Shown: piece after piece, positions 25,401 to 40,146 of the stretch | Layout of the letters: each line of letters starts with the position of its first letter | How positions within the stretch are numbered: position 1 is the first letter of the stretch | NCBI GenBank assembly: GCA_001643675.2 | Contig: LSRY02000013.1 | Span: forward strand, 1-64,000 | Origin: Monocercomonoides exilis PA203 | Lineage: Eukaryota > Protista > Preaxostyla | Length of the DNA stretch: 64,000 nt | Direction: 5' to 3' | Translations under genes and position numbers: made by a program | Notes under the pieces: generated by a model | Database searches by the model: none | What the model was told of the DNA's origin: nothing | The model's input: the letters and a program-made list of their open reading frames with translations, nothing else

Positions 25401-26762
25401 TCAATTAATGACTTGGCCTTGCTGAAATTGAAGCTGCCCTTCGTCCAACGAACAAACCAAATGGCTTCTCAGCCTCCAACAGTTGCTTTTCTCTCATCTT
25501 CTTCTTCTTCCTCGATGCCGAGCATCTCATCAATCGCATGGCTCACAAAACTCAATGAATGCTGATTTTTTTTCCCTGTTATTCATCAGCGCCATCTCCA
25601 AAACTCTCAATGGCTCCAATTTCTCTTTCGCCCTCTGCTCACACATCTTCATTCGGCAGCTCAACAGAATTCACCTCAAACGCATCTTCATTCATAGGTC
25701 GCGCAAAATGGTTGCCCTGGTTTCTTCCAAAATGGCGGAATTTCCACTCATTTTTGTGGAAGAGAAAGGAGATTTTCTTTTTCATCATTTCTCACGCCGA
25801 CGAAGAAGACACACAAACTTCGCTTCCATTTGCCTCGATCGATGCAACAGCCAGATGGTGTTCTTCTGCTCTGCCTCCAGCCATTTGCATTCTCTGCTCT
25901 TTTGATGATGATGCTCCCTTTTTGGCATCCAAATGTTCCTCGCAAATTGTTCGCAACTTCTTCAATTTCATCCAAAAACGAGCACAAAACAAACACAACG
26001 CAAACAATGTGAGCAATGCAAATGAGTGATGTGGCCGTTGGCGACAAAGTGATGGCAATAAATCAATTACACGATTTGCATTGCCTCAAATATCGGTGAG
26101 ACGAAAGGGAAAAAAAAAAAAGACAATGCAATTGAAGAAGATGGCTTCAACGGAAATTATTACGAGGAAAAGGAGAACTGCTGGAGAGAAGGAGAACAAG
26201 AAGAGGAAGAAGAGGAGGAAGAAGAAGAAGATGATGATGATGATGAAGAGGAAGAAGAGGAAGAAGAATCAAAAGATGATTAGGGCTATGAAGGTGGAGC
26301 AATTGAGAATTGTGAAGCGAATTTAATCCTTTTTATAAAGATGTTGAAAATAACTTGCGTTATGTCGATTGATTAAAATGTTTCATTCGATGAGGTGATT
26401 TCAGATGAAATAAACAATTTTTATCACAAAATTTGTGAAAGACTGAGAGATACAAACAGATGAAGATGAAAGAAAACAAATCATCGACCGCCTATGTGTG
26501 GTTAAACAGCTTTTCCTTCAGAAAAAGAAAATTACGTTTGTCTGTTGGCGTTAACAATTCAAAGAATTTTATGCATTGTGAAAATATGAGAAGAGAAGAA
26601 CATAAAGTTGAAGAAGTTGTTGACGATTGAAGAAGTTGACACAAATACCAAAATTTTCAAAGACAAGGAGAAGAAAAAGAAGAGTCTTATGATTATGCGA
26701 TTGATGAATCGATTCTGGAGATGAACATCCCTTATTGAATTGAGATTGTTGAGAAAGTTAAG

Positions 26763-26810
26763 GAAGGTGAAGAAGAAGGTGAAGAAGAAGGTGAAGAAGA
26801 AGGTGAAGAA
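26763..26810. repeat. 12-bp tandem repeat (GAAGGTGAAGAA)x4
   Basis: Read directly. Confidence 0.9.
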
Positions 26811-29203
26811 AAATAGAAGACAACAGCTTTTCCAAGTCATGTTGGGTGATAGAATAAACTGAATGTGTTCTGAATGTGAATGCCCAGCCAGTTTATAAGC
26901 TCCGACAAAAAAATCGCTTCCGTCAAACACTCTCCAAATAATCCTAAGCAAACTGCTTTTTCTCTCTTTCAAGCTCATGTCAAGCATTGTCAGACTATGC
27001 AACATACAAAATAGATGGCAGAAGGACGAATGTCATCGTTGAATGTAATACAAACAAGAATTTCCTCAAAACTTCTGAATCTTTCGTGAAATGAAAAGAA
27101 GGCGTTTCTTTCTATAACATTCCTGTTCATGGCCAATATGCATTCATTGGAAAAACACCTTTAAAGAAAAATGAATGAAATAAAAAAAATAAAAATCAAA
27201 TCATCTTTTTGGTCTTGAAATATTTTCCCACTCCAATGGATTGGTAATTATCTGTTCAACTGGTTTTCTTGTTCTTAGAATCCATTGTGAAGTTGGCTGT
27301 TATATCAGATGAGAATACGCATTCTCCAAATCAACTCTTTTTCAAAGATTTATTCAACACCAAGTCTTCACTGACAGCATGTCAGAAGGGTTCATGCAAA
27401 ATGCAAATGAAATTGTTGTAAATGCCTGCTGAGTGCTTCGTTCAACTCGCTTTCTCCATTATCCAACCCCTCAATTCCCTTTCCTTTTCCACAAAGAAAA
27501 TCTTCCCCCCAAAAATCACGCAAAGCAAGTCATGCGCAAAAAAATATGCCAAGAGTACTGCACTTTCCCTCGAAATGAACAAGCAATGCAATTCAATCTT
27601 TCAGAAACATTCTCCTCGCTTTTTCTGCATCTTGCTTAAATTATTTTTCATTCAAAATATTGCATCTGGTGTTGCATCATATGTTTTGTAACATATAACC
27701 AAGTTTAAATATATGCAATTTCCCTCCACCAATTTCTTTTTCGCAAGCAATCGATGCAAACAGCCCCACGCTCCTTCATCTGTAAACAAAATCCTTTCCC
27801 TTCTGCAGCGCTATAATTCGCATGGTTGCATCCGTGGCATTTCATCCAAAACAGCTCGAACAAAGTTTTAACGCAGCATATCATCAATCAAAATTCTCAC
27901 CTATAAAATTATGGGTTGCATAACCATATTAATAAACTGAATTTTGAGTTTTGCTTTTGTTTGATTTTTTTCGAAATTGTTAATTTTTCTTTCACAACAC
28001 AAACAGAAAAACAAAGCAGGATTGACTCTTTTTCCATCGATTTTTTTATTTCTTATTTCAAATTATATTCTTTTTTTATTGAAAAGTTCGTTTATCTCTT
28101 GAATTCTTGTTATTCTTTCGGTAAACACTTTTATCTATTTTGCAAATTATAATTCCTTTATAATCTCAAATGAATGAGTATTCCTCATTAAAAAAAAAAA
28201 TTTAAAATCCAATAAGATGGAGGGAATGTTCATTTGATTAATTTTCAATTGAAATAATAATTTGAATAATTATTCATGAAATGATAATCTCCAAATACAC
28301 CTTAACAAATGAAATGGTACAGCCAAATGGTGGTATTTTCTTATCATTCTTCTTCCATTTTTTCAAGAACTTTCCTCCTCGCTTCTTCAATTTCATCTTT
28401 GTTCGCTTCATCCTTCTCTTCTCCCTTCTCCTCTTCCCTTTCGTCATCCTCCATTTCATCCTTTTCACTATCCTCTTCGCGATTCTTTTGCATCAAAAAA
28501 TGAATGTTAAAACAGAATCAAGTCTTGAGTTGAGTGTTTGCTGACAATAAAAAGCGATTTAAAAATTCGAGATGTGACAAGGATTGACTGAAAGTACTTC
28601 AAATATATCATTGTGTCATGCAGCCCAATGATATAGCAAAGAAGAAAAGCAAGCAAATAAGTTGTGATGAAGTGACGGAAATATTCAAAAAAGAAAAGAA
28701 ATAGTTGAGATTGTCAAAAAAGTCAAAGTCAAGAAAAAATTTGAACAAAAACATAACAGATGGATAAAATTTTTTCTGAAAATAAACATATTGGGCTAAA
28801 TGCTTCCTGCTATTCTTCCGGTTGGAAAAAGACAACAAACGCAGCAATAATAAGAAAAACAAAAAATAAAATAATTGAATTGAATAGAAAAATGAATATA
28901 AAAGATTTTGTAAAAGGATAAGGAATATAGCAACGGTAACAATAGGCAAGTTATCAATTTGGTAAAGTGTTCCCAACTCTTCTCTTTCAGAACATTCATC
29001 AAAACGTTCAATTGGGAGGGTCTTTCATTTTGCAAATGAACTGAATTTCAAGGAGCAATGCAGTTTCATCAGCACTTTTTCAGATGAAAGTTCTTTCATA
29101 TTATTATTCTTTCTGATTTCTGAGTATAACTCTCCCCTCCCTCCCATCCTCCTCGTTTTCTGAAGCAACCACAACCATATTATCTACCCTGCTCAACTCC
29201 CTT

Positions 29204-32200
29204 CTATCCCGCATCAAGCAACCCCATTTCAGCAATATCCCGAACAATTTCTGATTTATCTTCCCCTTTCTGATTTTTCTTTTTCTTTTTCTTCCTCCTC
29301 TTTTGCTTCTCTTCCCCAATCCCTTCTTCTTCTTTTCCTTCTTTCAACACTTCCTTTTCTTCATCCAATACCTCATTGACAGATTTTTCCTCTGAATCGT
29401 CTCCAATCATCGAAAAATGGCTATTTGGTGCTGAACATATCCCAATATAATATTCTGTCTGCTTTCCATTTCTTCCATCATCTGTAGAAACCCCACCCAA
29501 CTCGTCCAATCCAATCTCCGAACCTGCCCTCTCATCCCCAATTTCATCAATCTCTTCCACTTGCTTCCGTTTCTTCCCCTTCCTTCTCTTCCCCCTTTTC
29601 GCTTTTCTATCACTTTTTCGCACATTCTCATCTTCCTTTCCACCAATACAAGCACCATTCTCCATGCCTCCATCCTTTTCGCTGTTCAGAAGCGAAGCAA
29701 TCGTCTGTATTTCAACATAATTCACAGGTACCACCTCTACAACTTCTTCTTGATCGAATTTATTTTCAATAATTTCTTTATTCTCGTATGGATGGAGCTC
29801 TTTACATTTCTCTGATAGAATTCCTATCTCATTTCCAGTTTCTTCATCCAATAAAACTTGCACCTTATCTTCCTCCTCAACTCTTTGCGCAATATCTTCT
29901 TTTCTCCATTCCCCTCTTCCAACATTCTTTGATTCTTCAATATCTCCATCTTCAACCTTCCTTCCACCTCTATTCTGCTTCTTTCTCATTAACACAACAA
30001 CAACAACAAACAAAGCAATAAAAATCAAAAGAACAATAACGCAACCAATAAACGCAATCAAACTCCATTCAATTTTTCCCTCTCCTTCGGATATTCTTTC
30101 ATCTCCTTTTGGTTCAGTCTCACTTTTGTTCTTCAGAATGAATGAATCTGTTGATGACGAAGATCCTGTATTCCCAAATAAAATGCGCACACTCACTTCT
30201 GTTTTCTTTTCCATTGCTTCCAGCTGCTCCGATGAAACAACAGAATGCACTTCGTTCTCCGAAATATATCCTTCTCCATTAATTTCCTTTCTCACAATCT
30301 CCTCCTCATTCCCATCTTTCATGCTTATCTCTAGTGATAAGTTGCATGGAAGAAGCAGCTTCCCATGAATAATTAATTCCATCTCTCCTGTTGGCTGTGT
30401 TGTGTTCTTCACTTCTTCCAGAACTGGGATGAAATACGAAGATCCTCTTTCACTCGCTATTCCTCTCAATTGGCATCCTTCGTCCAATATCCACAACGAT
30501 GTGTTTGGAAACATTCCATCTCCTCCTTTCACGCTTACGACATTCAGTTCGCAATTTCCTGTGCAGATTGCATTCCTTCGCGCTGATCCGTATCCCTCAA
30601 TCTCGGGGTTGTTGATATCAAACTTGCTGTTTTCAATCTTCATGCTTCCCCCACTCACCCACAATCCTCCTGCCTTGCTGGCTCTGATTGTTGTTTCCTT
30701 CATCTCCACATTGCTGTTTTCAATGTCAATCAACGATCCGCTCCATTTGCACAATCCTTCTTTTCCCTTGTTTCCTTCATTAACTGCCTTTGCTTCTTTT
30801 TCTCCATCAAATACACAATTCTCAACATTCACTTCCTTGCACTGTCTCACTTGTATCATGTTTCCCTTGTCAACTGAATTCACACATCTTCCAAATGAGC
30901 TGTTCAGCACACTCACCTCTTGTTCAGCATCTTCCATCTCAATCGCACATCCCTTCAACAGCAGTGTCACATTCTCAAATGTCATCTCTTTCATCACCAC
31001 TTTCGCTTTTCTTCCAACACTCACAACATTCCCTTCACATTTGATGTTCAAAATGCTCGTTTCAAGCAGAGTCACATTCGATTCTTTGTTGAATAACAGC
31101 ACCGAACCTGCTGATTCCAAATCCTTGAATGTTGTTTCTGAGATCTTCAGCTCTCCGCTTTCCACGCTTACAACCGAACTGTTCAGCCTCATCCCAACAG
31201 CTGTTGCTGAAGAGCAGAATTCACATTTATGGATCTCTGTTGATCCATTCTTCACTTTCATGAAATGGTTGTGAGTTGCCTTAAATGTGTCTTCAAACTC
31301 GAATGAGCACTTCTCTACTGAACATTCATTCACAAACTCCATCACACAATCCTTCTCACCTGATTTCTCAATCTTGGAATTCAACCGAACAACCCCCCGT
31401 GTCTTTTTCAATGAATTCACAACCAGATCTCCAATCACACATTCTTCTGTCACAAACCCTTCTCCATCAATTAGGATCGCATTCATCACCCCTTCTTGGA
31501 TGTGTTCAATCCCACAGTTGATGCTGCTGCATGGATTTGTCTGTGCCCCACATCCCCTCCCATCACTCCCTCTCCCACTCACAAACACCTGTGCCGAATA
31601 ATAGAATGTGATCAGCGGAATCAGATCCATGTTAGCATTCCCTTTTGAATCGCATCCGCAGATGGAGTTGTCTGAGTTCAATGATTCCTGGTTGTAGTTC
31701 AAAGTGAACAGTGTTTCGTTGATCTGCTTTGCAATCGAGTAGCATTTGATGAATATATCATTCCCTTCATGTGCCTCATTCGAATAAAACATGATGTCCA
31801 CGATATTGAAATTCAGAGACGGAATCTTGGCGTCACCTTCATAATTCACATCATCCTCGGCTCCATTGATAAACAGCCCTCCTCCGCGCCCTGTGTCAGA
31901 CGAGCACTTGCACGTCGAAAAAGAGCTGTCATTGATTTTAAAAACTGTTTCTTCGCTCTTCAGCACCACTTTCATTCCTCCCCCTTCCGTGCTCGAAGCG
32001 CTCTTGCAACTCGTCATTGCGCACTCATCCAATATGCATTCAACTGCGTAATCAAATGACCCCACATCAATAACCCCTGCCCCATTTCCTTCCTTCGTGA
32101 TATTGGCAAATGAACAGCCATTAACTTTCAGCAATGGCATGCTGTTTTTAGGATGACCGTTTTCGGCCGCATTCAAGCCCGATGACACTGACACTTCATT

Positions 32201-35200
32201 TGTGAGTTCATCCTCAAATATCGAAATCAGGCTTCTTTCTGTCACAGTGGTTAATGAAATGTTCACTTTCTGAACAATCACCTGATCGACACTTTTGCTC
32301 AAGCTGATGAATCCTTTCAAATCAGAAATCAAATTCATCGTGCATTTCTCAATCAGAGCGCTCCCTCCATTAACTTTTATCGCGCAATATGCAAATGCCT
32401 CTGTCAGCCCTGCCAATGCTCCGAAAGAACAATCCGTGACTGTCAAGAATGCATTTGTTCCTGACGATTCAATGAATACTGCATGATTAGTTTTCGCGAC
32501 TGGTTTTGTGAATGACATGTTTACAAGTGACAAACTCACATTAGATGATATCATTGAATCTTTCAGATCATTCTCATCTTCATCACTGATCGTCACTCCT
32601 GTTCCTTTCTTTGTCCCTTCAATCGCCACTTTTGGCTTCTCTAAAATTGATGATGAAAAAGACAAAAATGAAAATGATATGGAATGTCTCAGCAACCCTG
32701 ATCCCACAATGGCAATATGCGTTTCCCCTTCTCCCAGTGTTGGGCATCGAAGTGATATCAAGTGATCAATTGATGAACATGGTGCTTCTGAATATCCACA
32801 CCCACTGAAGTCTCCTCCTTTATCTCTCGAAACAAACCCATCCCTACTCCAGTTCCTCCACAAATACACAACAAGCGGAATCACATATCCCTCTCCTGTC
32901 GTCTTCCTCTCCCATCCACACAACGAATCCAACGATTCCAACTCCTCTGAACTCATCTTCCATTTGAAGTGCTCCTTATCCACAATCTCACTCAGATCCC
33001 ATCCTGATATAAGCAGACTATTTCCTCCCAATAAAGCAGAGCATCCTGAAAAGTCAACTGACACAATCGAAAAGTCAATCGAGTTGTTAGCCAGATACAA
33101 CATCATCCCTCCTCCAAATCTGCCACTTGTGCATCTGTTGAATGTTGTTGTTGTTCCTGCCCTAAGCTTACTTGAAGGTGATAATAAATCAACCTTAATC
33201 CCACCACCACTTCCAGCCTTGCACTCGCAATCTTCGATTGTCACATTCTTGACCACAAATGTCTCTCCTGCCTTCACACTCTTTGCAACAACCACCCCAT
33301 CTCCTTCAGTCAACTTCACATTCATCACCTTCACATTCGCCAGCACGCTGTCTCCTGATGCTGTGGCTGTCAGATACAATGCAGATGAAGACAATGAAGA
33401 AGAAGAAGAAGAAGGAGATTGATTCGGCTCAGAGAACAACGGTTTTGAGACATTCATATTTATGATCTCCACATCAACCATCGACAGCTGTAAAAGTGGC
33501 ACCACAAGCACTGAAGATGGTATCACAAAGTTTCCTGTTTCACTTGTGGTGATCACAACATCCTCCAATGAGAGTGACCCACTCCTATCAGACACAACAA
33601 CCACACTCGGAGAAGTTTCTGCTTCTGTGTTACAATCAACCTTCAAATGGCTCATTCCCAGATGGCCTGTTGACACACTGAACAAAGGTCCAGTTGACGA
33701 AAGAGATTTCATTTCAATCAAACTTTTATCTTTGCCTTTCCCAATGACTGAAATCTTCTTTGTCCCAATCTCAATTGTAGTTGTCTCGCTTATGTGACTC
33801 CCTTCCAGCAGCATGACTGACAGGCTCACCTGGATCACGCTCCGAATGACTGCAACACCAATGGTTCTGCATGCAGTTGACTCATCCAGTCCACATAGAT
33901 CATCTTCACCACCTCCGCTCACAGCCACAAATCGATTGAGAATTCCTCTCTTTAACCAATCCTTTTTTGATGTTTGGTCAAAAATCCAAGAACCTGACGG
34001 ATTATTCGCATAGCACACCCTCTGGTCATCTGTGTTTAAGGTGTAGCATTCAAAAAACGGATTTCCAGAACTCAAAAAAAGATTAAAATCATCTCCATAC
34101 ATCATATCATGACCATAAGGAGTGGCTTCAGATCTGCAACTACATTCGTGAAAGAACAAAAAAAAACAATAAATCTCATTATCTGGCTTTTCTGTTTTTT
34201 CTGGTCTGAAAAACAACCCTCCTCCTTCACTTAATGCGGAACATGAAATAAACTGAGCGCTCCTCATTTTAAATTGTATTGAATGAATATTATAGCAAAG
34301 CATTCCTCCACCTCCATTGTTTGCCACTGAGCAGAATACGAAACTGCAGTCAAACACACACGCGCTCTCACCTCCTCCTTTTTCTTCACCAACGCAACTT
34401 GATCCTGAAACCTGAAAATTATTTAGACAAAGACCTCCTCCTTCATTGTATGCTTCACAATTCCGGAATTTGCACTCACTGATCTTGACACATGTTGAAA
34501 CTCCATACACACATATTCCTCCTCCATATTCATTTTGTGCAGTACAAGCATTGAACACATTATTTTCGATGTGTATAGACTTAATTGCAAGACACATTAT
34601 CCCTCCGCCACAATAATATGCATAGCAGTCGTTGAACGTGCAGTGAGAAATAGACATTTCTCCAGACTGAAGATTAAACATATAAATTGCACCTCCATTC
34701 GAAGCGCTGTCAGAACCGTCTTGGACAATTCCTGAAGTCTTCGATCCATTCCACTCACACCAAATAAATGTATTCTGTCCATTTTCTGTTGAATTTTGTC
34801 TTCCTGGCTGTTTTTTTTTCATTTCAGTTCCAATGAACTCAACATTTCTTGTTCGATAACACCTAACAAATGAGGAGTTTGAAACAGTTAAGGAAGCCAA
34901 TGGGTTGTTGAGGGAAGGGACAATTCCGCCATCATATGCATTGCAGACTGATGAAAATGAGCAGCTGCTCATCAAACACGAGGTTTGGGATGACGTAGTG
35001 GTTGAAGGCGAGCATACATCATTGGCTGTTGAGATGTTGAAAAAAGTGAGTTTGGAGAGGGATATTAGGGGTATTGAAGGAGATGACAGAAATGGGGCTG
35101 ATGAGACACAAAAAGAAGAGAAGTGTGATTCACTCACCGAAATACTTCCTTCAATGCCTTCTCCATATCCATCTCCTTCTCCTTCTCTTCCTCTTCCTCT

Positions 35201-35881
35201 TCCACTTTCTCCTCCTTCTCCTCCTTTTTCTTCACCTTCACTTTTCTCCCTTCCATATCCCTTCCCTCCAAACAGCCTTCCCGAGTATATCTCTCCCCCT
35301 CTTCTCCACCCTTTCAATGTGATGTTTGTCAACACCCCAATGCTCCCACTCAGATCAAATGCACCTGCCCCATCATCCTTCCCCATCCCCACAACACACC
35401 CTCTCACCACAACCACACTCCCTTTCCTTCCATACACCACACTCCCACACTCACATCCCATCAGCTCAATCCCCTTCAATTCAACTGACGAATTAATTAA
35501 TCTCATGTTTCCGATGATTTGGCTTTGTTCGCTTATTCGTCCTAAATCTTTGAAAGAAAAAAATGGCTTCGAATATTTTTGTGGATTTTGTTTTATGTCT
35601 TTTACTTCATCCAGATTCTCATTATTCTCTCCGTTTTTGAGCAATTCTTCATTGTCAAATGAACATACATCTGAAAATGATAGTCACAGATTCATATTAT
35701 TAAAATATATTATTGACTAAAATTGCATACTTTTCATATCCATGTACTCATTCATATCACAGTTTTTATCATAGAAAACAATATTCGAACCAGGTGAATG
35801 ATCGACTGTTGCCAATTGGTGGCCATGGTAGCCATTAATATTGTATATAAGCGCACATATCGTTACAATCAAATATCTCAT
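29204..35881 (-). CDS. Large (~2200 aa) type I membrane protein with Cys/Gly-rich parallel beta-helix-like (GGAI/GGG-type) repeats
   Basis: Signal-like start MRYLIVTICALIY at 35881. A GTATGC...TTTCAG intron (35730-35671) joins it in frame to the 2146-aa ORF. Repeated F..C.A...GGG/GGAIY and CG...PC.SI motifs, one TM helix (WSLIAFIGCVIVLLIFIALFVVVVVLM), charged cytoplasmic tail. Ends TAG. Confidence 0.88.
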
Positions 35882-37480
35882 GCTAAGTGTGAAATTAACA
35901 ATCAAATAAAAAATAAAAAAATAATGGTCATGATGAATAATTAATTTTAACTTTTCTCTGTTCTGAAGTTTATATATTCTTTCCAACTATTTTATATTTT
36001 TAGAGAAAGATTTTTATTTTAAATGTTTTATGTTCAGTGCTCAAATTAACAGTGTTCTCTTCGATTTTCTAATTGTTGTTTCATCAATCTTGATATTTCC
36101 TTTGCAAACAGAAAATTGAAATCAAAGAGCATAATATTGAAAAATGCTTCGATAATTTTCAAAGCAAACTGCACAATGGGGTTGCGAATTTTTTTTTTAA
36201 AAAAAAATAATGGACTGGCAAAGCAAATCAGCTGAAAGTTATTTTTCTAATTGAAGAAAGTGTTTGAAAGCCAGCAACACCGAAGAAGCATCAGTTGTCA
36301 AAACGGAATAGAAGGAAAGTTTGATGTTTGCTTGCATTTTTATTTTTGTATTTTTTGAGTGTTGATTGTTTTTGTGATTCCCATCAATTCAGGGGAAGAA
36401 AATCTATAAAAATGAATAAATTGAGGAATATACAATTATTCGAGCGAATATCAAAGGTGGACAGCGAGATCCTTTGATGAAGACAATGAATAAAAACATT
36501 GGGCATTTGTTGGACTGTTCATATTTTTCAACAAAGAGTTAAAACAGAATGGAGGTGAAAAGAGAATGTGTATCTCATTTTTCACTGAAAATCAGGAGAT
36601 TGAAGCATTTAAAAGAGGAAAGATGGCAAAAAGGGTGATCGATAACTTTGTTGGGAAAGTCATTTGAAACGAGAAGAGGAAGATGAAGATATGAAAAAAA
36701 CTTTGAACTGATAATCAAGGATGCGATAATTGAATGTTTGGCCTTTTTTTTCTTCAATTTCCAAATAAGAACAGCAATGAATGTGAACCATATCCAAAAT
36801 GATATTGCGTCTAATTTGTTTTCTTTTGCACTTTTGAAAGCTGCAAAGTACGATATTGCATGTTTATGGAAACAACTTGGAGGTGCATTGAGAGTAGGAG
36901 CACCCATCCAAACTTAGAAATGAATGTCTGTGATTTGATGCTGCACGCTTAACTTACATTTCCTATAGGCAGAGTTATTCCTTGTTTGCTGTGTGTTCTT
37001 GTTTCTCTTTTTCAATGCTTGAGTAATTCTAATTCTTATTATTATTATTATTTTATCTGTTCGTACTGATTCAGCAGCTGAATCATGATGAATGCTTTTT
37101 TTCATGTGCATCATTCGTCAGGGTTGCATTCACTTGATATGGAGAAATGATTGGTTGCAGCTAGAAAGTCACCCCGTTGAAGGAGAAGGTAGAGAAGAGG
37201 ATGATGGAAATAGCAGCTGATTGAAGATGGGAGGTTCATTTGGAAAAGAATGAAAGTGGCAATCAAAACGCGGAAGTTTATTATAAATTTTATATTTTTA
37301 TTTTTCACTTTTGATGAAAAAACTAACGAAGAAAATAAAATATTTTCTATATGTTTTAAATCATAAAAGTCAATTGAATAAATTCTGAGGGTCTGTGATT
37401 CAAAATAAGTTGGAGAAATTTATTGGTCAAAGATGGACAAAACAAATAATCAAATAAAAAATGAAAGAGAAAAATAAAAA

Positions 37481-37662
37481 TGAAAAAAGAAAGAAAGAAA
37501 AAAAAAAAAGAAAGAAAAAAGAAAAAGAAAGAAAAAGAAAAGAAAAAGAAAGAAAAAGAAAAAGAAAAAGAAAAAGAAAAAGAAAAGAAAAGAAAAAGAA
37601 AAAGAAAAAGAAAAAAGAAAAGAAAAAGAATAAGAAAAAGAAAAAGAAAAAGAAAAAGAAAA
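37481..37662. repeat. Purine-rich (GAAAAA/GAAA)n degenerate microsatellite
   Basis: Read directly; source of the poly-K/R/E ORFs. Confidence 0.9.
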
Positions 37663-38572
37663 TAATATTTGTTTCTCTTGCTCTCGATGGAAAAGCGAAA
37701 AGTGTACTAAAAAAAAATAAAAAAAAAAAAAAAAAAAAAAAAAAACCCTATATCAGCATAAAAACGTTGTTGAAAATTTCCTTTTTTTTTTTTTTTGTTA
37801 TTGTTTTGAATTTGCTATGTTATTCGGTAAATGCAGAAGATAGGTGTACCTTAATTTTTTGTTTGATCCTAAAAAAATGGAATTAACAACAACAATATGT
37901 ATATTTGTAATATTCTCATCACTTAAAGAGAAATTTATTTGTACATTTTTGTTAAAATATGGGTTATTATTTTTGAAAAGTCGCAAATGTTCAATTTTCA
38001 AAAAAATCAAAAATTAAATATTTTGCTCAAATTTCTGTTTCTTCTCACGAATCATCTTTTTAAAAGAATAAAACAGCATTATTCAGAAATAGATTCCATA
38101 TTAGTGAAGTATGGAGTACGTTAACAATAATTTGAACAAAATTTGAAATTTTTTATTTATTTGAAAATTAAACATTAGCGATTTTTCAAAAAGAATTACA
38201 CACATTATGCTCGTTTTTCAGAAAATATGGGATTGATCAGTTTTCGTTATCATTTGATCCTGAGTGAAATAGAAACAAATATATCTATTTCGAGATATTG
38301 AAGAATGTTCATGGACCCTGATTGCGCATGGACATGGCATCGAGTCCAATTACTTAATTGCTGTTACAAATAATTCACGAATTGTCAAAAACCAATGAAT
38401 TTTTGTTTTTATATGGGGAAGTGTTGCTGGATATGAAAAAAAAATTGAAAAAGAAAAATAAATGTTAATAAGGACACTTCGTTTTTCAGGTCTAAGATTG
38501 GGATATCAAAACTTCAGCAACTTTTGCTTTTATTGTATATGAAATAAAATTTCAAACAAATTACATAATTTA

Positions 38573-39016
38573 GTGGGCAAAAGCAGAGATAATGTTTCAT
38601 TTTGGGCAAGTGTTTCTCGAACAGCTGCTGTTTACACTGTTTCTAAAATGGATTTGACATTGGGAGGATCAGAATGCATCGTTGAAATAGATGAAGCCGT
38701 TCTTCGCAAAAGAAAATTCAAAAAAGGAAGGAACAAGCAACAAATATGGATCTTTGGAATGGTAGAACGAAAAACAGATCGTAACCAAGGAAAATGTTTG
38801 ATAGTTCGTGTCGAAAACAGAAAGAAAGAAACTTTAATACCCATTATTGAAAATTTCGGAAAAAAGCAGACAACAATTTATTCTGACGAGTGGCGCGCGT
38901 ATTCCTGTTTGAATTCTTTGGGTTTTAAACATTCAACAGTTTGCCATAAATACCGGTTCAAAGATAAAACGACATCTGCTTGCATGAATATTATCGAAGG
39001 GCTTTGGAGTCAATAA
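38573..39016 (+). pseudogene. Merlin/ISXO2-like DDE transposase core, decayed
   Basis: VEIDE, KRKFKKGR...WIFGMVER, TIYSDEWRAY, HSTVCH...F, NIIEGLWS are characteristic IS1595-family motifs. Premature TAA after WSQ; upstream N-terminal region (~38300-38570) interrupted by stops. Confidence 0.9.
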
Positions 39017-39375
39017 AGAAGGTTTTTACCACGTACAAGTGCATGATTAAAATTTTAAGATAATTATTTGGCAAGTTTTATGATGGAAAAGCAAACCTTT
39101 ATACTTTCTTGAGAATGCTCGAATTATTCATGATTTTGTTCCCACAAAGGATTACGAAAATCAAAAGGAGCAAATAAGAGATTTTGTCGATGAAAACACA
39201 GAGGCTGATAGCGATATTACTCGAACAGCTGAAGGATCATTGAACGAGGATCTAGGAGTAGGTGACGGTAGTGATGCTTCTGAATACACTGAAAATTGAG
39301 TTTTTTGATATTTTTTTCGCATTCACAAAATATCTCAAGAATTCACTCAATATATTCATTTATTTTCTTAAAACA

Positions 39376-39418
39376 ATACCTCTGTGACCTGACAATTAAC
39401 TTTAAGCCTCGTCCGTCA

Positions 39419-39488
<70 letters not shown>

Positions 39489-40146
39489 TTTTTAATATAA
39501 AATATACTATTGCTAAAACTTCTAAAGACTTTTCAAAGCACTATGGAAAAGATTTGTTGACAGCATCTGTAATATCTTGTCGTTTTTTCTTTTTTGTCAG
39601 TGACCGTCAGTGACTGTCAATGACAAATTGTGACTAAAATATTCCTCAACTGACATTTCGTGCCAAAAAATATATTGGGAAACTTAATCATATGGGACAA
39701 AATATTTGACTTCAGGCATTTTCAATGAAAAATTATGCATTTCATATTGACTTTTTGTGACGAAAAATTTTGAAATAAATGGATTTATTTTTTGAAATTC
39801 GTGAAATGTCACAAAACATTTTGTTTTAACATCAATGAAGTTTGTTTTCAGAAATGATAATCAAATTTATTTTGAAATCTGGTTAAGTTTAAAAATGTTA
39901 TAAGTTACTCAATTTTTCCATGCTTTGTGCATAAAATGCTTGAAAGTCCATATTTTCCCCCATATTAATAAAAAATTTTTATTTTTTCAAGATAATAAGT
40001 ATTTTTGATAACGATTTTCAAATCAATTATTATTGTTATTAAGAATTATGAAATCATTATTAATAACCCTTTTTGACAAGCCATAAATATCTTGTCAGTC
40101 ATTTAGTCATTTTTTCAATTTTCTCTTGTCATGTCACAGAGGAATA
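39376..40146. mobile_element. MITE family T, copy 2 (inverted vs copy 1), inserted in the Merlin element
   Basis: Ends ATACCTCTGTGACCTGACAA ... TTGTCATGTCACAGAGGAATA. 9-bp TSD CTTAAAACA (39367-75, 40147-55). Internal poly-A/(AAT)n. Confidence 0.88.
39694..39961. mobile_element. MITE family C (268 bp, GGG...CCC ends, ATAT TSD) nested in MITE-T copy 2
   Basis: Absent from MITE-T copy 1. ATAT duplicated at 39690-93 and 39962-65. Same length as, and homologous (inverted) to, 53851-54118. Confidence 0.87.

Noticed and set aside
29407-35720. Many antisense or alternate-frame ORFs (e.g. 30402-31274, 34905-35720)
   Set aside because: Shadows of the long minus-strand gene; no independent motifs.
37461-37886. 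Lys/Arg-rich ORFs
   Set aside because: Translation of purine microsatellite and poly-A runs.
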